A stretch of DNA of 64,000 nt from Candidatus Woesearchaeota archaeon (GCA_017608625.1 JAFCFN010000002.1:28099-92098), one strand, 5' to 3'. Numbered from the stretch's first letter, positions 18,245 through 29,214 are shown. Numbers and translations are program-made. Notes: generated from the sequence alone by a model not told the origin.

Positions 18245-19228
18245 ATGGACTTTAACTATGATGTTGATAAAAGTAATATGGGTTTAATCTTGTCAAAATT
18301 CCCTCAGCAATGTAGGGATGCTTTAAATTTAGCAAAAGAAATTAAAATAGAGACTAAAATTAGTAATATTGTTGTAGCTGGAATGGGTGCAAGCGGTATA
18401 ACTGGCCAAATTTTAAAGGATTATTTAGGAAATAAGATTCCAATATATGTTAACCAAGATTACAGTTTGCCAGAGTTTGTTAATGCATATTCATTGGTTT
18501 TTTGTGTTTCTTATTCTGGCGATACAGCTGAAACTATTGCTGCTTTTAGAAATGCTGTTAGAAAATCTGCACAAATAGTTGTAATAACAACTGGCGGAAA
18601 ATTAAAAGAATTAGCCAAAAAATTGAACAAAGCAATAGTTGAAATACCAAAAGGAATTCCTCCACGAACTGCTTTAGGTTATTTGTTTATACCTATGTTA
18701 ACTATTTTGCAGAATTCTGGTATTATACCTGATAAAACAGCTGAGCTTAAAAAAATGATTGATTCATTGATGAACGTTAATTTTGAAGAAAAGGCTCAAG
18801 AATTAGCAATTAAACTTCAAGATAAGATTCCAATAATTTACTCTTCTAATAAATTAAGATCTGTTGCATTAAGGTGGAAGGAGCAGTTTAATGAAAACAG
18901 TAAAGTTCATTGCTTTTGTAATGTTTTTCCTGAACTCAATCATAATGAAATAATGGGTTATGAAAATCTAAAAGGTGATTATTTTGTAATTATATTAAAA
19001 GATGAAGATGATAAGTTTGAGATTAAGGAAAGAATGAGTATAACAAAAAATATGATTGCAAAAAATTGCCCTGTAAGAGAGATTATTATAAAAGGTGATA
19101 GTTTATTAACAAAGATATTCTCAACTATTTATTTAGGAGATTTGGCTTCTTTTTATCTTGCCTTATTATATGGCATAGACCCAACACCTACTCCTGCAAT
19201 TGAAGAGATTAAAAAGGCAATAAAATGA
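18245..19228 (+). CDS. Bifunctional phosphoglucose/phosphomannose isomerase
   Basis: AGMGASG, VSYSGDTAET, ENSK and PELNHNEI motifs. Confidence 0.93.
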   Translation: MDFNYDVDKSNMGLILSKFPQQCRDALNLAKEIKIETKISNIVVAGMGASGITGQILKDYLGNKIPIYVNQDYSLPEFVNAYSLVFCVSYSGDTAETIAAFRNAVRKSAQIVVITTGGKLKELAKKLNKAIVEIPKGIPPRTALGYLFIPMLTILQNSGIIPDKTAELKKMIDSLMNVNFEEKAQELAIKLQDKIPIIYSSNKLRSVALRWKEQFNENSKVHCFCNVFPELNHNEIMGYENLKGDYFVIILKDEDDKFEIKERMSITKNMIAKNCPVREIIIKGDSLLTKIFSTIYLGDLASFYLALLYGIDPTPTPAIEEIKKAIK

Positions 19229-21288
19229 TTCTCAAGTCTCTAAAATTAGAGAACATTAGAAGCCATGTTAATCAAAATATTAGTTTTCCTACTGGTTCTA
19301 TCTTATTAGCAGGAGATATTGGTGCTGGAAAAAGCAGCATATTATTAGCTATAGAATTTGCTTTGTTTGGAATAAGGAGAAAGCATTTAACAGGAGAGGC
19401 TTTGCTGAGGAATGGAAAAAATAGAGGTTCTGTAGAATTAAATTTTGAAATTAATGGCAAGGATGTTATAATTAAGAGAGAACTTGTAAGAAAGAGAAGT
19501 TCAGTTGAGCAGGATAAAGGTTTTATTATTGTTAATGGTCTGAAAAAAGAGGGAACACCCATTGAGCTTAAAGCGGAGGTTCTTGACTTATTGGGATATC
19601 CAAAAGAACTGTTAACAAAAAGTAAGAATCTTATCTATAGATATACTGTTTATTGCCCTCAAGAAGAGATGAAGCAAATTTTGTTGGATGAAGAGGAGCA
19701 CAGATTAGGAACATTAAGAAAAGTCTTTGGGATTGATAAATATGAAAGAATAAGGGAGAATAGCAGCATAGTACTAAAGCAGATAAGAGAAGAGATAAAA
19801 GAAAGCCAAGGAATGATTATTGATTTAGACGAAAAGATAAACAGAAAAAAGGAGCTAGAACAAGAAGTAGCAAGATTAAAAGAAAGTTTAGAAAGAATAA
19901 TTCCAAAACTTGAGCCAATTAAAAAAGAGGTTGAAGAAAAAAGAAAAAAAATAAAAGACATTGAACTGAAACAAGCAGAGTTAAATAAATTAAAGAAAGA
20001 GCTTGCAGTAATTGATGCTGAATTGAATGCTAAAATAGATCAAAGAAGCAGAAATAAAATAGAATTAGAAAGATTAGAAAAAGATATTTCTTTGTTAAAA
20101 AAGAGTTTGGAAGGAAAAGAGGAGCTAAAAGCTGAAAAAATTTTAGCAGAAATAAAGCAAAAGGAATTACAAATACAGGAAAAGGAAAGGGGAATATTAG
20201 AAATAACAAGGAAAATAAACGAGTTGCAGGTTAAAAAGAGGCACTCTGAAGGAATTAAAGACAGAATAACTAAATTACAAGAGTGTCCAACTTGTGAGCA
20301 AAAAGTAGAGGAAGAACATAAAGCATTTATTATTAATAGAGAAAACAAAAATATAGAGGAATTTAATCAAAAATTAAAATCTTTTTCTGAAGAAGAAAAT
20401 AAGCTAAAACTAGAATTAAACTCTTTAAAAAAAGAGTTAGAAGAATTAAAGAAAAAAGAGAATCAGTTAGAAGTAATAGAAATCAGGATGAATAATTTAA
20501 AAGAAAAGACAGAGATAAAAAATAGATTGCTTAAAGAACAGGATGAACTAAAAGCAATAGTAGGACAATTGAATATTAAAAAATTAGAATTGAATAAAAA
20601 ATTAGGCCAGTTCAAAACAATAGATGAAGAATCTGAACAACTTAGAAAAGAACTTGATAGTGTACTGCTTGAGGAGAAAAAATTAGAGATAGAAAAAATA
20701 AGTATTCAAAAAGAGATTGAAGGAGTAAACAAGATACTGGCAGATCTAGAGAAAGAGATAGAGTTAAAGCTGAAAACAAAAGAAAAAGTAACAAGATTAT
20801 CTGAGTTAAAGACTTGGTTGGAGAGTTATTTTGTTAATTTGATGTCAATTATAGAAAAACAAATTATGCTGAAAGTTCATTATGATTTTAATAGCGCTTT
20901 TCAGGAGTGGTTTAATTGCTTGATAGAGGATGAAGGAATGGTTGCCAGATTGGATAATGGATTTTCTCCAATAATTGAGCAGAATGGTTATGAAGTTAAT
21001 GTTAGTAATTTAAGTGGAGGGGAAAGAACAGCTTGTGCTTTGGCTTATAGACTATCTTTAAATAAGACAATAAATGATTTAATCGGAGGTATAAAAACAA
21101 AGGATTTAATTATTTTGGATGAACCAACTGATGGTTTTTCTAATGAGCAACTAGATAAAGTAAGAAATGTTCTTGATCAGCTTAATGTTCATCAGATAAT
21201 TTTAGTTAGCCATGAGAGTAAGATAGAAAGTTTTGTTGATCATATTATAAGAATTGGAAAGCATGAGAATTCAAGTTTTATTGTTTGA
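19225..21288 (+). CDS. Rad50/SbcC-like SMC-family ATPase
   Basis: Walker A GDIGAGKSS, zinc hook CPTC, LSGGE signature, Walker B ILDEPT and long coiled coils. Confidence 0.9.
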   Translation: MILKSLKLENIRSHVNQNISFPTGSILLAGDIGAGKSSILLAIEFALFGIRRKHLTGEALLRNGKNRGSVELNFEINGKDVIIKRELVRKRSSVEQDKGFIIVNGLKKEGTPIELKAEVLDLLGYPKELLTKSKNLIYRYTVYCPQEEMKQILLDEEEHRLGTLRKVFGIDKYERIRENSSIVLKQIREEIKESQGMIIDLDEKINRKKELEQEVARLKESLERIIPKLEPIKKEVEEKRKKIKDIELKQAELNKLKKELAVIDAELNAKIDQRSRNKIELERLEKDISLLKKSLEGKEELKAEKILAEIKQKELQIQEKERGILEITRKINELQVKKRHSEGIKDRITKLQECPTCEQKVEEEHKAFIINRENKNIEEFNQKLKSFSEEENKLKLELNSLKKELEELKKKENQLEVIEIRMNNLKEKTEIKNRLLKEQDELKAIVGQLNIKKLELNKKLGQFKTIDEESEQLRKELDSVLLEEKKLEIEKISIQKEIEGVNKILADLEKEIELKLKTKEKVTRLSELKTWLESYFVNLMSIIEKQIMLKVHYDFNSAFQEWFNCLIEDEGMVARLDNGFSPIIEQNGYEVNVSNLSGGERTACALAYRLSLNKTINDLIGGIKTKDLIILDEPTDGFSNEQLDKVRNVLDQLNVHQIILVSHESKIESFVDHIIRIGKHENSSFIV

Positions 21289-21379
21289 TGACATTTTTTA
21301 GGTTTTGAGTTGCCTGTTTTTCAGTATTTTTCAAAACATTTATATATAAGTAAAGCAAACTTTTAAAAAGGGTGATTAG

Positions 21380-22804
21380 TTGATGGGCAATAGGAAGTTT
21401 GGTATTTTATTATTTATAGTGTTAATGATTTCTGCATTTTCTGTGATTGCAGATGATTTCACAGTAAGTGTTACTCCTGTTAAAGACAAGATATCTTCAA
21501 ATGAATCAGCTATTTTTAATTTAAGCATAAAAAACTATCAGGGAGATGATAGATTTACTTTATCAAGTAAAGATCCAAGATGGAGTTTACTAACAAAACC
21601 TTTAACTCATTTTACATCAGGGATCTCAATTAAAAATGGGTCTACTGAAAAAACCACTGTTTATCTTACACCTGTTGATCTTGCAGCTGGCAGATATATG
21701 GTTGGTTTAGAGGTGACAGCGAGCAATACAGGTAAAACAAAAGAGGTTTTGTTGGATGTTACAATAGGTTCTTATGTTGCTGGTAAACCAGTTGTAGCTG
21801 TTGGTTTAGAGTTAGTTCCTGCTGTTATTTTACCTGGTTCTAAAGTTTCTATCAAAGTTAATTTAGAGAATAAAAATAATCTTAATCTAAAAAATCTTAG
21901 CTTGGAAATTAGTTCTGATTTGATAAATAAAGAAGAAAGCTTTGATTTAGCTGCTCTTGAAAAGAAAACAGTTGAGTTTACTGCTGACATTGATAAAGCA
22001 GCTAAAGCGCAGGATTATAATGTAAATGTAGTTGTTAAAAGAGGTGATGAGACTCTAGGAAAAGCGAGTGCTGTATTGAGTGTTTTAACCTCTTTGCCAG
22101 AATTCAAGAAAGAAATAACCCGCTCAGTAGGATTTTTGAAATCAATTGATGAACTAACAGTAATAAATGATGGGAATGCAAGAATTATTCAAACAGTTAA
22201 AGTGCCTGTTAGCTTTTTTAACAAATTCTTTGCAGCTACTGAACCAGAAGCAACAATTATCAAAGAAGAAGGTAAAAGATATCTTGCATGGGAGGTTGAT
22301 TTAAAACCTGGGGAGTCAACAAGAATAGCAATTACAAAAGATTACAGAACATTTACTTTGATTATTGTTCTTATCATAGCCATTATAATTGCCTATTATA
22401 TGCTTAGACCATCTTTAAAAGTAAAGAAGATAGCGATAAAAGCTATTAAAAAAGAAGGGGGAATTGGGGAATTAAATATATTGTTGAAAATTAAAAACAG
22501 AAGAAATAAAGAAATTCAAGATGTTAAAGTAGAAGACAGCATTCCTAAGATTGCTGAATTAGTTAAAGAACAATATATAGGAACACTTGCTCCTTCTTCT
22601 GTATTTAAGCATGAAGCTAAAGGAACTATTCTCAGATGGGAGATAGGCAATTTAGAACCAAAAGAAGAAAGATTATTAAGATACAGGTTAAAATCTAGAT
22701 TGAGTATATTAGGTGCATTTTATTTACCTAAAGTAAAGGTAAAATACAAAGAAGAGGATAAACCAGTGATTGTTTATAGCAGAAGAGTCAAAGTTGTTGG
22801 TTAG
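21380..22804 (+). CDS. Secreted Ig-like domain protein with membrane anchor
   Basis: Signal peptide, beta-rich repeats, TM segment near residue 325, then a DUF11-like segment. Confidence 0.7.
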   Translation: MMGNRKFGILLFIVLMISAFSVIADDFTVSVTPVKDKISSNESAIFNLSIKNYQGDDRFTLSSKDPRWSLLTKPLTHFTSGISIKNGSTEKTTVYLTPVDLAAGRYMVGLEVTASNTGKTKEVLLDVTIGSYVAGKPVVAVGLELVPAVILPGSKVSIKVNLENKNNLNLKNLSLEISSDLINKEESFDLAALEKKTVEFTADIDKAAKAQDYNVNVVVKRGDETLGKASAVLSVLTSLPEFKKEITRSVGFLKSIDELTVINDGNARIIQTVKVPVSFFNKFFAATEPEATIIKEEGKRYLAWEVDLKPGESTRIAITKDYRTFTLIIVLIIAIIIAYYMLRPSLKVKKIAIKAIKKEGGIGELNILLKIKNRRNKEIQDVKVEDSIPKIAELVKEQYIGTLAPSSVFKHEAKGTILRWEIGNLEPKEERLLRYRLKSRLSILGAFYLPKVKVKYKEEDKPVIVYSRRVKVVG

Positions 22805-22855
22805 CGATAGTTTTTTAAATAGATCATATTTCTATCTTTTTATTAGGGGGTCAAT

Positions 22856-23359
22856 ATGGCAGAGTTTAAACTTGTTATATCAAATCCTAAGATTGGAAGA
22901 ACTATTCAAAGAGAAGTAAAAGGAGAGGATGCAAATAGGTTAATTGGTCTTAAAATAGGTGATGTTGTTAAAGGGGAACTTATTGGATTAAGTGGTTATG
23001 AGTTTGAGATTACTGGAGGGAGTGATTATTGTGGTTTTCCAATGAGAAGAGATGTAGCAGGAACAAAAAGAAAAAGAATTCTAATTGTTAAAGGAGTTGG
23101 TTTAAGAAAAACAAAAAAAGGTATGAAAAAAAGAAAAACAGTTGCTGGAAATACAATTCATGCTAAGACAGCGCAAATAAATTTAAAAATTATTAAAGAA
23201 GGTAAGGAAAAGCTTTTTGAGGAGAAAAAGGAAGCAGAAGTTGAAGAGAAAAAGGTAGAAAAGAAGGAGGAAGAAGCAAAGCCAAAAGAAGAACCTAAGC
23301 AAGAAGATAAACCAAAGGAAGAAGAAAAAGAGAAAAAACCTGAAGAGGCTGAAAAATAA
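22856..23359 (+). CDS. rps6e: 30S ribosomal protein S6e with Lys/Glu tail
   Basis: [16 protein letters not shown] and KKTVAGN motifs. Confidence 0.96.
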   Translation: MAEFKLVISNPKIGRTIQREVKGEDANRLIGLKIGDVVKGELIGLSGYEFEITGGSDYCGFPMRRDVAGTKRKRILIVKGVGLRKTKKGMKKRKTVAGNTIHAKTAQINLKIIKEGKEKLFEEKKEAEVEEKKVEKKEEEAKPKEEPKQEDKPKEEEKEKKPEEAEK

Positions 23360-23361
23360 TC

Positions 23362-24588
23362 ATGGTGGATATAATCAAAGGTCAACCAGAGATTAATATT
23401 GGTTTAGTTGGTCATGTAGATCACGGAAAAACAACTCTTGTTAAGGCATTAAGTGGTAAATGGACCGACACTCATTCTGAGGAATTAAAAAGAGGAATTA
23501 CAATAAGATTAGGTTATGCAGATTGTGTTTTTTATAAATGTCCTAAATGTAATAGCTATAGTGTTACAAATAAATGTTCTTGTGGAGGAAAGGCTGTTCC
23601 TACAAGAAAGGTGAGTTTTGTTGATGCGCCTGGACATGAAAGTTTAATGGCAACTATGCTTTCAGGAGCCACAATAATGGATGGTGCATTATTGTTGATT
23701 GCTGCAAATGAAGGTATACAGGCGCAAACAAGAGAACATTTAATGGCATTACACATAGCTGGAATTAAGAACATTGTTATTGCTCAAAACAAAATTGATG
23801 TTGTTAGTGATGAGCAGGCATTAAAGAATTACAATGAGATAAAGGAATTCTTAAAAAATACAGAATATGAAAATGCTCCTATAATTCCTATTTCTGCTCA
23901 ACATAATATAAATATTGATGTTTTAGTTAAAGCAATAGAGGAGCATATACCGACACCAAAAAGAGACTTAACTAAAGATCCTCTAATGTTAGTTGCAAGA
24001 AGTTTTGACATAAATAAACCAGGAACTGAGATAGAGAAGATTAAAGGAGGCGTGTTAGGTGGAGCATTAAAGCAGGGTAAACTAACGGTTGGACAAGAAA
24101 TAGAAATAAAACCTGGAAGAAAAGTAGAGAAAAAAGGCCAAATTAGCTGGGAACCAATAAAGACAAAGATTACTGGTTTGATGACTGGAGGAGAAAGTGT
24201 TGAAGAAGTACATCCTGGAGGAAATGTTGCTCTGCTAACAAGTTTAGACCCAAGTATTACTAAATCTGATTCTTTAACAGGGAATGTGGTTGGATTGCCT
24301 GATAAGCTATCTAAATTATGGAAAGAAGTTGAGTTAGAAGTTCATTTATTAGAAAAGGTTATTGGAACAAAGGCTGAACTAAAAGTAGAACCAATTAAAA
24401 CAGGAGAACCTCTAATGCTTAATGTGAATGCAGCAACAACTCTAGGAGTGGTTACAGGATTGGGAAAAGGAACAATTCATTGTAAATTAAAGATTCCTGT
24501 TTGTGCTGATGTGGGAAATACAATGACTATTTCTAGAAGAGTTGAGAATAGATTTAGGTTAATTGGATATGGAGTTATTGAAGGTTAA
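23362..24588 (+). CDS. eif2g: Translation initiation factor aIF-2 gamma
   Basis: [18 protein letters not shown] and NKID motifs; zinc knuckle. Confidence 0.98.
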   Translation: MVDIIKGQPEINIGLVGHVDHGKTTLVKALSGKWTDTHSEELKRGITIRLGYADCVFYKCPKCNSYSVTNKCSCGGKAVPTRKVSFVDAPGHESLMATMLSGATIMDGALLLIAANEGIQAQTREHLMALHIAGIKNIVIAQNKIDVVSDEQALKNYNEIKEFLKNTEYENAPIIPISAQHNINIDVLVKAIEEHIPTPKRDLTKDPLMLVARSFDINKPGTEIEKIKGGVLGGALKQGKLTVGQEIEIKPGRKVEKKGQISWEPIKTKITGLMTGGESVEEVHPGGNVALLTSLDPSITKSDSLTGNVVGLPDKLSKLWKEVELEVHLLEKVIGTKAELKVEPIKTGEPLMLNVNAATTLGVVTGLGKGTIHCKLKIPVCADVGNTMTISRRVENRFRLIGYGVIEG

Positions 24589-24595
24589 GCCATAT

Positions 24596-25096
24596 TTATT
24601 GATTTTTTGAAGAAGTATTTCTCTCAAACAAAATATTATTAACAGGGAATCCTATATTCTTTAATAAATATGTTGGAACTTTTTCAAAATAAGCTGTAGA
24701 AATCTTAATGTTCTTTAATCCATGATCTTTTGATCTTTCAATTGAATCAGCAAGTTCTTGCTGAGTTGGCCTTCTCCTTAGTTGCACTATGCTATATATT
24801 CCCTCTTTTCCATGAACTACTAAATTCTCAGAGATTCCCTTTGTTTCTTCTGCAATGATTTTTTCTATTTCTCCGAGATCTCTTTTATCTTCATTATGAC
24901 TACAGAGAATAATGTGTGGTCCTATAGGGCCATTGCAATTATAAACTGCAGCGTATTTCTTACCTTTCTCACTTTCAAATTCGAAATTCAATTTTGACAA
25001 GTGTTTATTTGGAATATTACTTAATTTTAAATGTGCAGTTTTTAGATCTTGAACATTAATATTTAAATAACGAGTTTCAATTTTTATTTTTGGCAC
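24596..25096 (-). CDS. Hypothetical protein
   Basis: 166-aa ORF with GTG start; no family recognised. Confidence 0.55.
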   Translation of the reverse strand: MPKIKIETRYLNINVQDLKTAHLKLSNIPNKHLSKLNFEFESEKGKKYAAVYNCNGPIGPHIILCSHNEDKRDLGEIEKIIAEETKGISENLVVHGKEGIYSIVQLRRRPTQQELADSIERSKDHGLKNIKISTAYFEKVPTYLLKNIGFPVNNILFERNTSSKNQ

Positions 25097-25130
25097 TTTT
25101 ACACCCCCTAAATTTTAACTAAAAGAAGTA

Positions 25131-25703
25131 TTAGACTCCAACAAACAACAAATGTTTTTCTTTACCTTCTAATTCAGCAAGGATCCTTTTTATGATAATC
25201 TCTTCAGGATTAGGTATTAACTTAACTCTCTTTTTGATGTCTTCAAAACTCTCAAATGGTTTCTCCTTCCTTGCTTCAATTATTTCCCACATGTGTTTTT
25301 TGCCTATTCCTGGCAGTAGCTCTATCTGATGAATCCTTGTACTTAATGGTTGTGCTTTGTTGAAGAAATCCACAAACCTCTGCTCATTTTTCTCAACAAG
25401 GTCTTTAATTACAAATTTTAATTCATTCCTTGCTGTTGCAGTGAGTTTGTTAAAGGGTAACTTACCTAGTATGTGATGTATTTTATCCCTTTTTTCTGTA
25501 CCTATATAAACCTCTTCATAAGGTTGTAAAAAAACATCCTTTTTTGGAACTAACTCCAATAATGTAAAGTGATCTTTACCAATTGCTTGAGCAATGGCTG
25601 TTTTTCTGTGAGCAGGTCTAGGATCAAAAGGATAACCATGCGGCAGATAGTCTAGTACAATTACCCATTCTTCTCTTGGCCTTTCTTTTTTTTCAACTAT
25701 CAT
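25131..25703 (-). CDS. DUF655 predicted RNA-binding protein
   Basis: VLDYLPHG, FTLLEL and ELLPGIGKK motifs; follows rpl21e-rpoF. Confidence 0.93.
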   Translation of the reverse strand: MIVEKKERPREEWVIVLDYLPHGYPFDPRPAHRKTAIAQAIGKDHFTLLELVPKKDVFLQPYEEVYIGTEKRDKIHHILGKLPFNKLTATARNELKFVIKDLVEKNEQRFVDFFNKAQPLSTRIHQIELLPGIGKKHMWEIIEARKEKPFESFEDIKKRVKLIPNPEEIIIKRILAELEGKEKHLLFVGV

Positions 25704-25777
25704 AACCGTTAGCCAGTTAACGTCTGGGCGACATGCGCTCGCAACAAAGTTGCTCGCTTAGTCCCCCTTTGTTAACC
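25704..25777 (-). repeat. Structured dispersed repeat, family A, copy 2 (between SD and ATG of DUF655 gene)
   Basis: 28 nt (plus strand CATAACCGTTAGCCAGTTAACGTCTGGG, start codon included) identical to copy 1; far end also near-identical. Confidence 0.9.
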
Positions 25778-25838
25778 TTACCTCCATTTCTTTTTGAACT
25801 AATCATTTTTAATTAATGTTAGAATTTAACCCTGTTAT

Positions 25839-26183
25839 TTATTTTGGTAGATATTCTTGCAAAATATCTACGATTTTCTTTAAATTTTCATTCGTTACGG
25901 ATATGGAATATCCCTGAAGAATTACTTTAAGATTATTAACTGTTTTAGGCATCATGTCAACTATTTTTACAATGTGCTGCTCTTTAAGCCTTGGTATTTT
26001 CAAATCAACGAGCTTTTTCTTGATTTCATCTACTTTTGCTTTATCAAGAGATACAAATTTATTCAAAAATTCTAGAGTTTTGTTTGACCTAAAGTTAAGT
26101 TCTTTTTCTTTTTTCTTTATTGCCTCTAATTCTAACTTTAATTCAGACATTGTTATTGGTTCTTCTTTAATTATCTCTTCCAT
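25839..26183 (-). CDS. rpoF: RNA polymerase subunit F (Rpo4)
   Basis: KIVDMMPKT motif; position between rpl21e and DUF655. Confidence 0.9.
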   Translation of the reverse strand: MEEIIKEEPITMSELKLELEAIKKKEKELNFRSNKTLEFLNKFVSLDKAKVDEIKKKLVDLKIPRLKEQHIVKIVDMMPKTVNNLKVILQGYSISVTNENLKKIVDILQEYLPK

Positions 26184-26193
26184 TTTTTAAACC

Positions 26194-26484
26194 TCAAATA
26201 GCCTTTAAATGAACAGGATGCACTTGTAATAATTTTTCTTTTCCCTTGTCTCTGACTGAAACTAGATAGCATCTTCCTATCTTCTCTTTTATTACGCCTA
26301 TCTTACCATGGAATCTTGGATGAAATCTGCCTTTTTGTATAGAAGGGTTTGTTTTAAGGCACACTTTCTGGCCAGCATCAAAGCTCTGAAAAAAAGCATT
26401 TAAGCTAAGTTTGCCTTTTTCTCTAAAGCTTTTCCTGTATTTATGCCTTGTTTTTCTTATTGATGATCCTATTCTCTTAACCAT
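26194..26484 (-). CDS. rpl21e: 50S ribosomal protein L21e
   Basis: RKTRHK, FHPRFHGKIG and VHPVHLK motifs. Confidence 0.96.
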   Translation of the reverse strand: MVKRIGSSIRKTRHKYRKSFREKGKLSLNAFFQSFDAGQKVCLKTNPSIQKGRFHPRFHGKIGVIKEKIGRCYLVSVRDKGKEKLLQVHPVHLKAI

Positions 26485-26624
26485 ATAATAAAGGATTAAG
26501 AGAGTGCTATTATAAAAAGCTTTCTTTTTAAATAACTAGCTTAAAAAACAAAACATTTAAATATTTGTGAAATAAACTAAACACTACAAGTATACTATTT
26601 ACACTATTCAAAAGGGGGAAAACG

Positions 26625-27020
26625 ATGAAAAAGGCTTTTGCACAAATCAAAGAAAAACTTGCTAAAACTTTTGGTTCTAAAGAAGAGGAGCCTGAAGAAA
26701 GTTATTTGGAATTAGAAACAGAACCAAGAGAAGAGGAAAGGGCAAAAATCATTGTGAGGCCGTTCACTCTTCAAACCTTTGAGGATATTAAACCAATACT
26801 AGATTCTTTAAGAGAGGGTTATACAATTGCTTTAGTTAATATAAGACCTTTAAAAGATAAAGATTTAATTGAATTAAAAAGAGCTGTTAATAAACTAAAG
26901 AAAACTTGTGATGCAATTGATGGTGATATAGCAGGATTTGGTGATGATTATATTGTTGTTACTCCAAGTTTTGCACAGATTTATAGATCAACTGGAACAA
27001 GTGAAGTTAAGAGTGAGTAA
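26625..27020 (+). CDS. sepF: Cell division protein SepF
   Basis: LREGYTIALVNIRPL, LKRAVNKLK and GDIAG..IVVTP motifs. Confidence 0.88.
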   Translation: MKKAFAQIKEKLAKTFGSKEEEPEESYLELETEPREEERAKIIVRPFTLQTFEDIKPILDSLREGYTIALVNIRPLKDKDLIELKRAVNKLKKTCDAIDGDIAGFGDDYIVVTPSFAQIYRSTGTSEVKSE

Positions 27021-27053
27021 ATTTAATAAACAGTTACTCTTTCTTTTATTTTT

Positions 27054-28544
27054 ATGAAACCATTAATGCTGGTTATTTTGGATGGTTTTGGTCTAAGAAA
27101 GGAAAAAAGAGGGAATGCTGTTGCTAAAGCTAAAACGCCTAATTTTAATTTTTACTGGAAAAATTATCCCCACTGTAAATTAAAAGCTAGTGGAGAAGCA
27201 GTTGGTTTGCCAAAAGGAACCTTAGGAGGGAGTGAAGTAGGTCATTTAAATATTGGCGCTGGAAGGATAGTTTATCAAGAGTTAACAAGAATAAATAAAG
27301 CAATCAAAAATGGCTCTTTCTTTAAAAACAAGGCATTACTAGGAGCAATAAATCATGTTAAAAAGAATAATTCTAGTCTGCACTTAATAGGATTGTTGTC
27401 AGATGCAGGAGTTCATTCTGATTACAGACATTTGTTTGCATTATTAAAATTAGCCAAAAAGAACAAAGTGAATAATGTTTATATTCATGTGTTAACAGAC
27501 GGAAGAGATACTGCACCAAGATCTGCTTTAAAATATATCAAAGAGCTAAAAAAACAAATAAAGAAATTGAAAATAGGAAAAATAGCAACTGTAATTGGGA
27601 GATATTATGCAATGGATAGAGACAAAAGATGGAATAGAACAGAAAAAGCATATAATTGCATAGTTTTAGCTAAAGGGTTAAGAGCAAAAACAGCTGAACA
27701 AGCAGTAAAGAATTCTTATGAAAAAAACGTTACAGATGAATTTATTTTACCAACAGTTATTGGAAATTTCAAAGGGATAAAAGACAAAGATTCTGTTATA
27801 TTATGGAACTATAGGGCAGATAGAGCAAGACAAATAAGTTATGCTTTTGTTAACAAAGAATTTGACGAATTTAAGAGAAAAAAAGTAAATATTAATTATA
27901 CTTGTATGTGTGAGTATGATGAAAAATTAAAAGTGCCTGTTGCATTTCCTCCTTTAAAATTGAAAAATATCCTGGGAGAGGTTTTAAGCAGAAAAGGGCT
28001 ACATCAGTTAAGAATAGCAGAAACTGAAAAATACGCTCATGTTACCTTTTTCTTTAATGGTGGGAAAGAGAGGCCTTTTAAGAAGGAGGATAGAATATTA
28101 ATTCCTAGTCCTAAAGTTGCCACTTATGATAAAACTCCTGAGATGTCTGCTTATAAAATTACTGAAGAATTAATAAGTCAAATTAATTTAAGATGGTATG
28201 ATTTTATTTTGGTAAATTATGCTAATCCTGATATGGTTGGACATACAGGAGATTTTAAAGCTACTGTTAAAGCAGTGGAGGTTGTTGATGAGTGTTTAGG
28301 AAAAATTGTGAAAGCAATGCAAGCTCATAATGGAATTATTATAATAACAGCTGATCACGGAAATGCTGAGGATATGAAAAGATATCGAACATCTCATACA
28401 CTAAATCCTGTTCCTTTTATTATTCTTGAAAAAGGATTAAAATTAAGGAATGGAATTTTAGCAGATATTGCTCCAACCATTTTGCAACTAATGAATATTA
28501 AAAAGCCAAAAGAAATGAAAGGGAGAAGCCTAATTAAAAAATAA
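27054..28544 (+). CDS. gpmI: 2,3-BPG-independent phosphoglycerate mutase
   Basis: ILDGFG, GSEVGH, DGRDT, AETEKYAHVTFF and TADHGN motifs. Confidence 0.97.
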   Translation: MKPLMLVILDGFGLRKEKRGNAVAKAKTPNFNFYWKNYPHCKLKASGEAVGLPKGTLGGSEVGHLNIGAGRIVYQELTRINKAIKNGSFFKNKALLGAINHVKKNNSSLHLIGLLSDAGVHSDYRHLFALLKLAKKNKVNNVYIHVLTDGRDTAPRSALKYIKELKKQIKKLKIGKIATVIGRYYAMDRDKRWNRTEKAYNCIVLAKGLRAKTAEQAVKNSYEKNVTDEFILPTVIGNFKGIKDKDSVILWNYRADRARQISYAFVNKEFDEFKRKKVNINYTCMCEYDEKLKVPVAFPPLKLKNILGEVLSRKGLHQLRIAETEKYAHVTFFFNGGKERPFKKEDRILIPSPKVATYDKTPEMSAYKITEELISQINLRWYDFILVNYANPDMVGHTGDFKATVKAVEVVDECLGKIVKAMQAHNGIIIITADHGNAEDMKRYRTSHTLNPVPFIILEKGLKLRNGILADIAPTILQLMNIKKPKEMKGRSLIKK

Positions 28545-28545
28545 C

Positions 28546-29214
28546 ATGTTATTAAAACAAATCAAGAAAAAATTAAATCAAGATTTTTATTCAATTCTAG
28601 AAAAACAAGGAATAAAAGAGCTGAGGCCTTGTCAAGAAAAAGCAATAAAAGATGGTTTATTGGAAGGAAAAAATTTGCTTGTTTGTACTCCAACTGCTTC
28701 TGGTAAAACCTTAATAGCAGAGATAGCTGCTTTACAGTCAATATTGAACAAAAAAGGAAAAACAGTTTATGTTGTACCATTAAGAAGTTTGGCTAATGAA
28801 AAATTTAAGGATTTTAAGAGGAAGTATGATAAATTGTGTAGAATTGCATTGAGCATAGGAAACATTGACAGTGCTGATCCTTATTTACAGAATTATGATT
28901 TAATTATAACAACTGCTGAAAAATTTGACAGCTTAATAAGACATCATGCTGTTTGGTTAGAGCAAGTTGGAGTTGTTGTTTTCGATGAGATTCATTTGCT
29001 GAATGATGTAGAAAGAGGTCCTGTTGTTGAGATATTAATAACAATAATAAAGCAGTTATTAAAGAATGTTCAGATTCTTGCTTTGTCTGCAACAATAGGA
29101 AATCCAGAAGAATTAGCAGAATGGCTGGACGCAGAGTTAGTAATAGACAACTGGAGGCCTGTTAAGCTGGAGAAAGGAGTTTATTTTAATAATGAAATAG
29201 ATTTTAAAAAATAG
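28546..29214 (+). CDS. Hel308/Ski2-like helicase, first RecA domain only
   Basis: PTASGKT, DEIH and LSATIGN motifs; ends shortly after WRPV. Confidence 0.85.
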   Translation: MLLKQIKKKLNQDFYSILEKQGIKELRPCQEKAIKDGLLEGKNLLVCTPTASGKTLIAEIAALQSILNKKGKTVYVVPLRSLANEKFKDFKRKYDKLCRIALSIGNIDSADPYLQNYDLIITTAEKFDSLIRHHAVWLEQVGVVVFDEIHLLNDVERGPVVEILITIIKQLLKNVQILALSATIGNPEELAEWLDAELVIDNWRPVKLEKGVYFNNEIDFKK

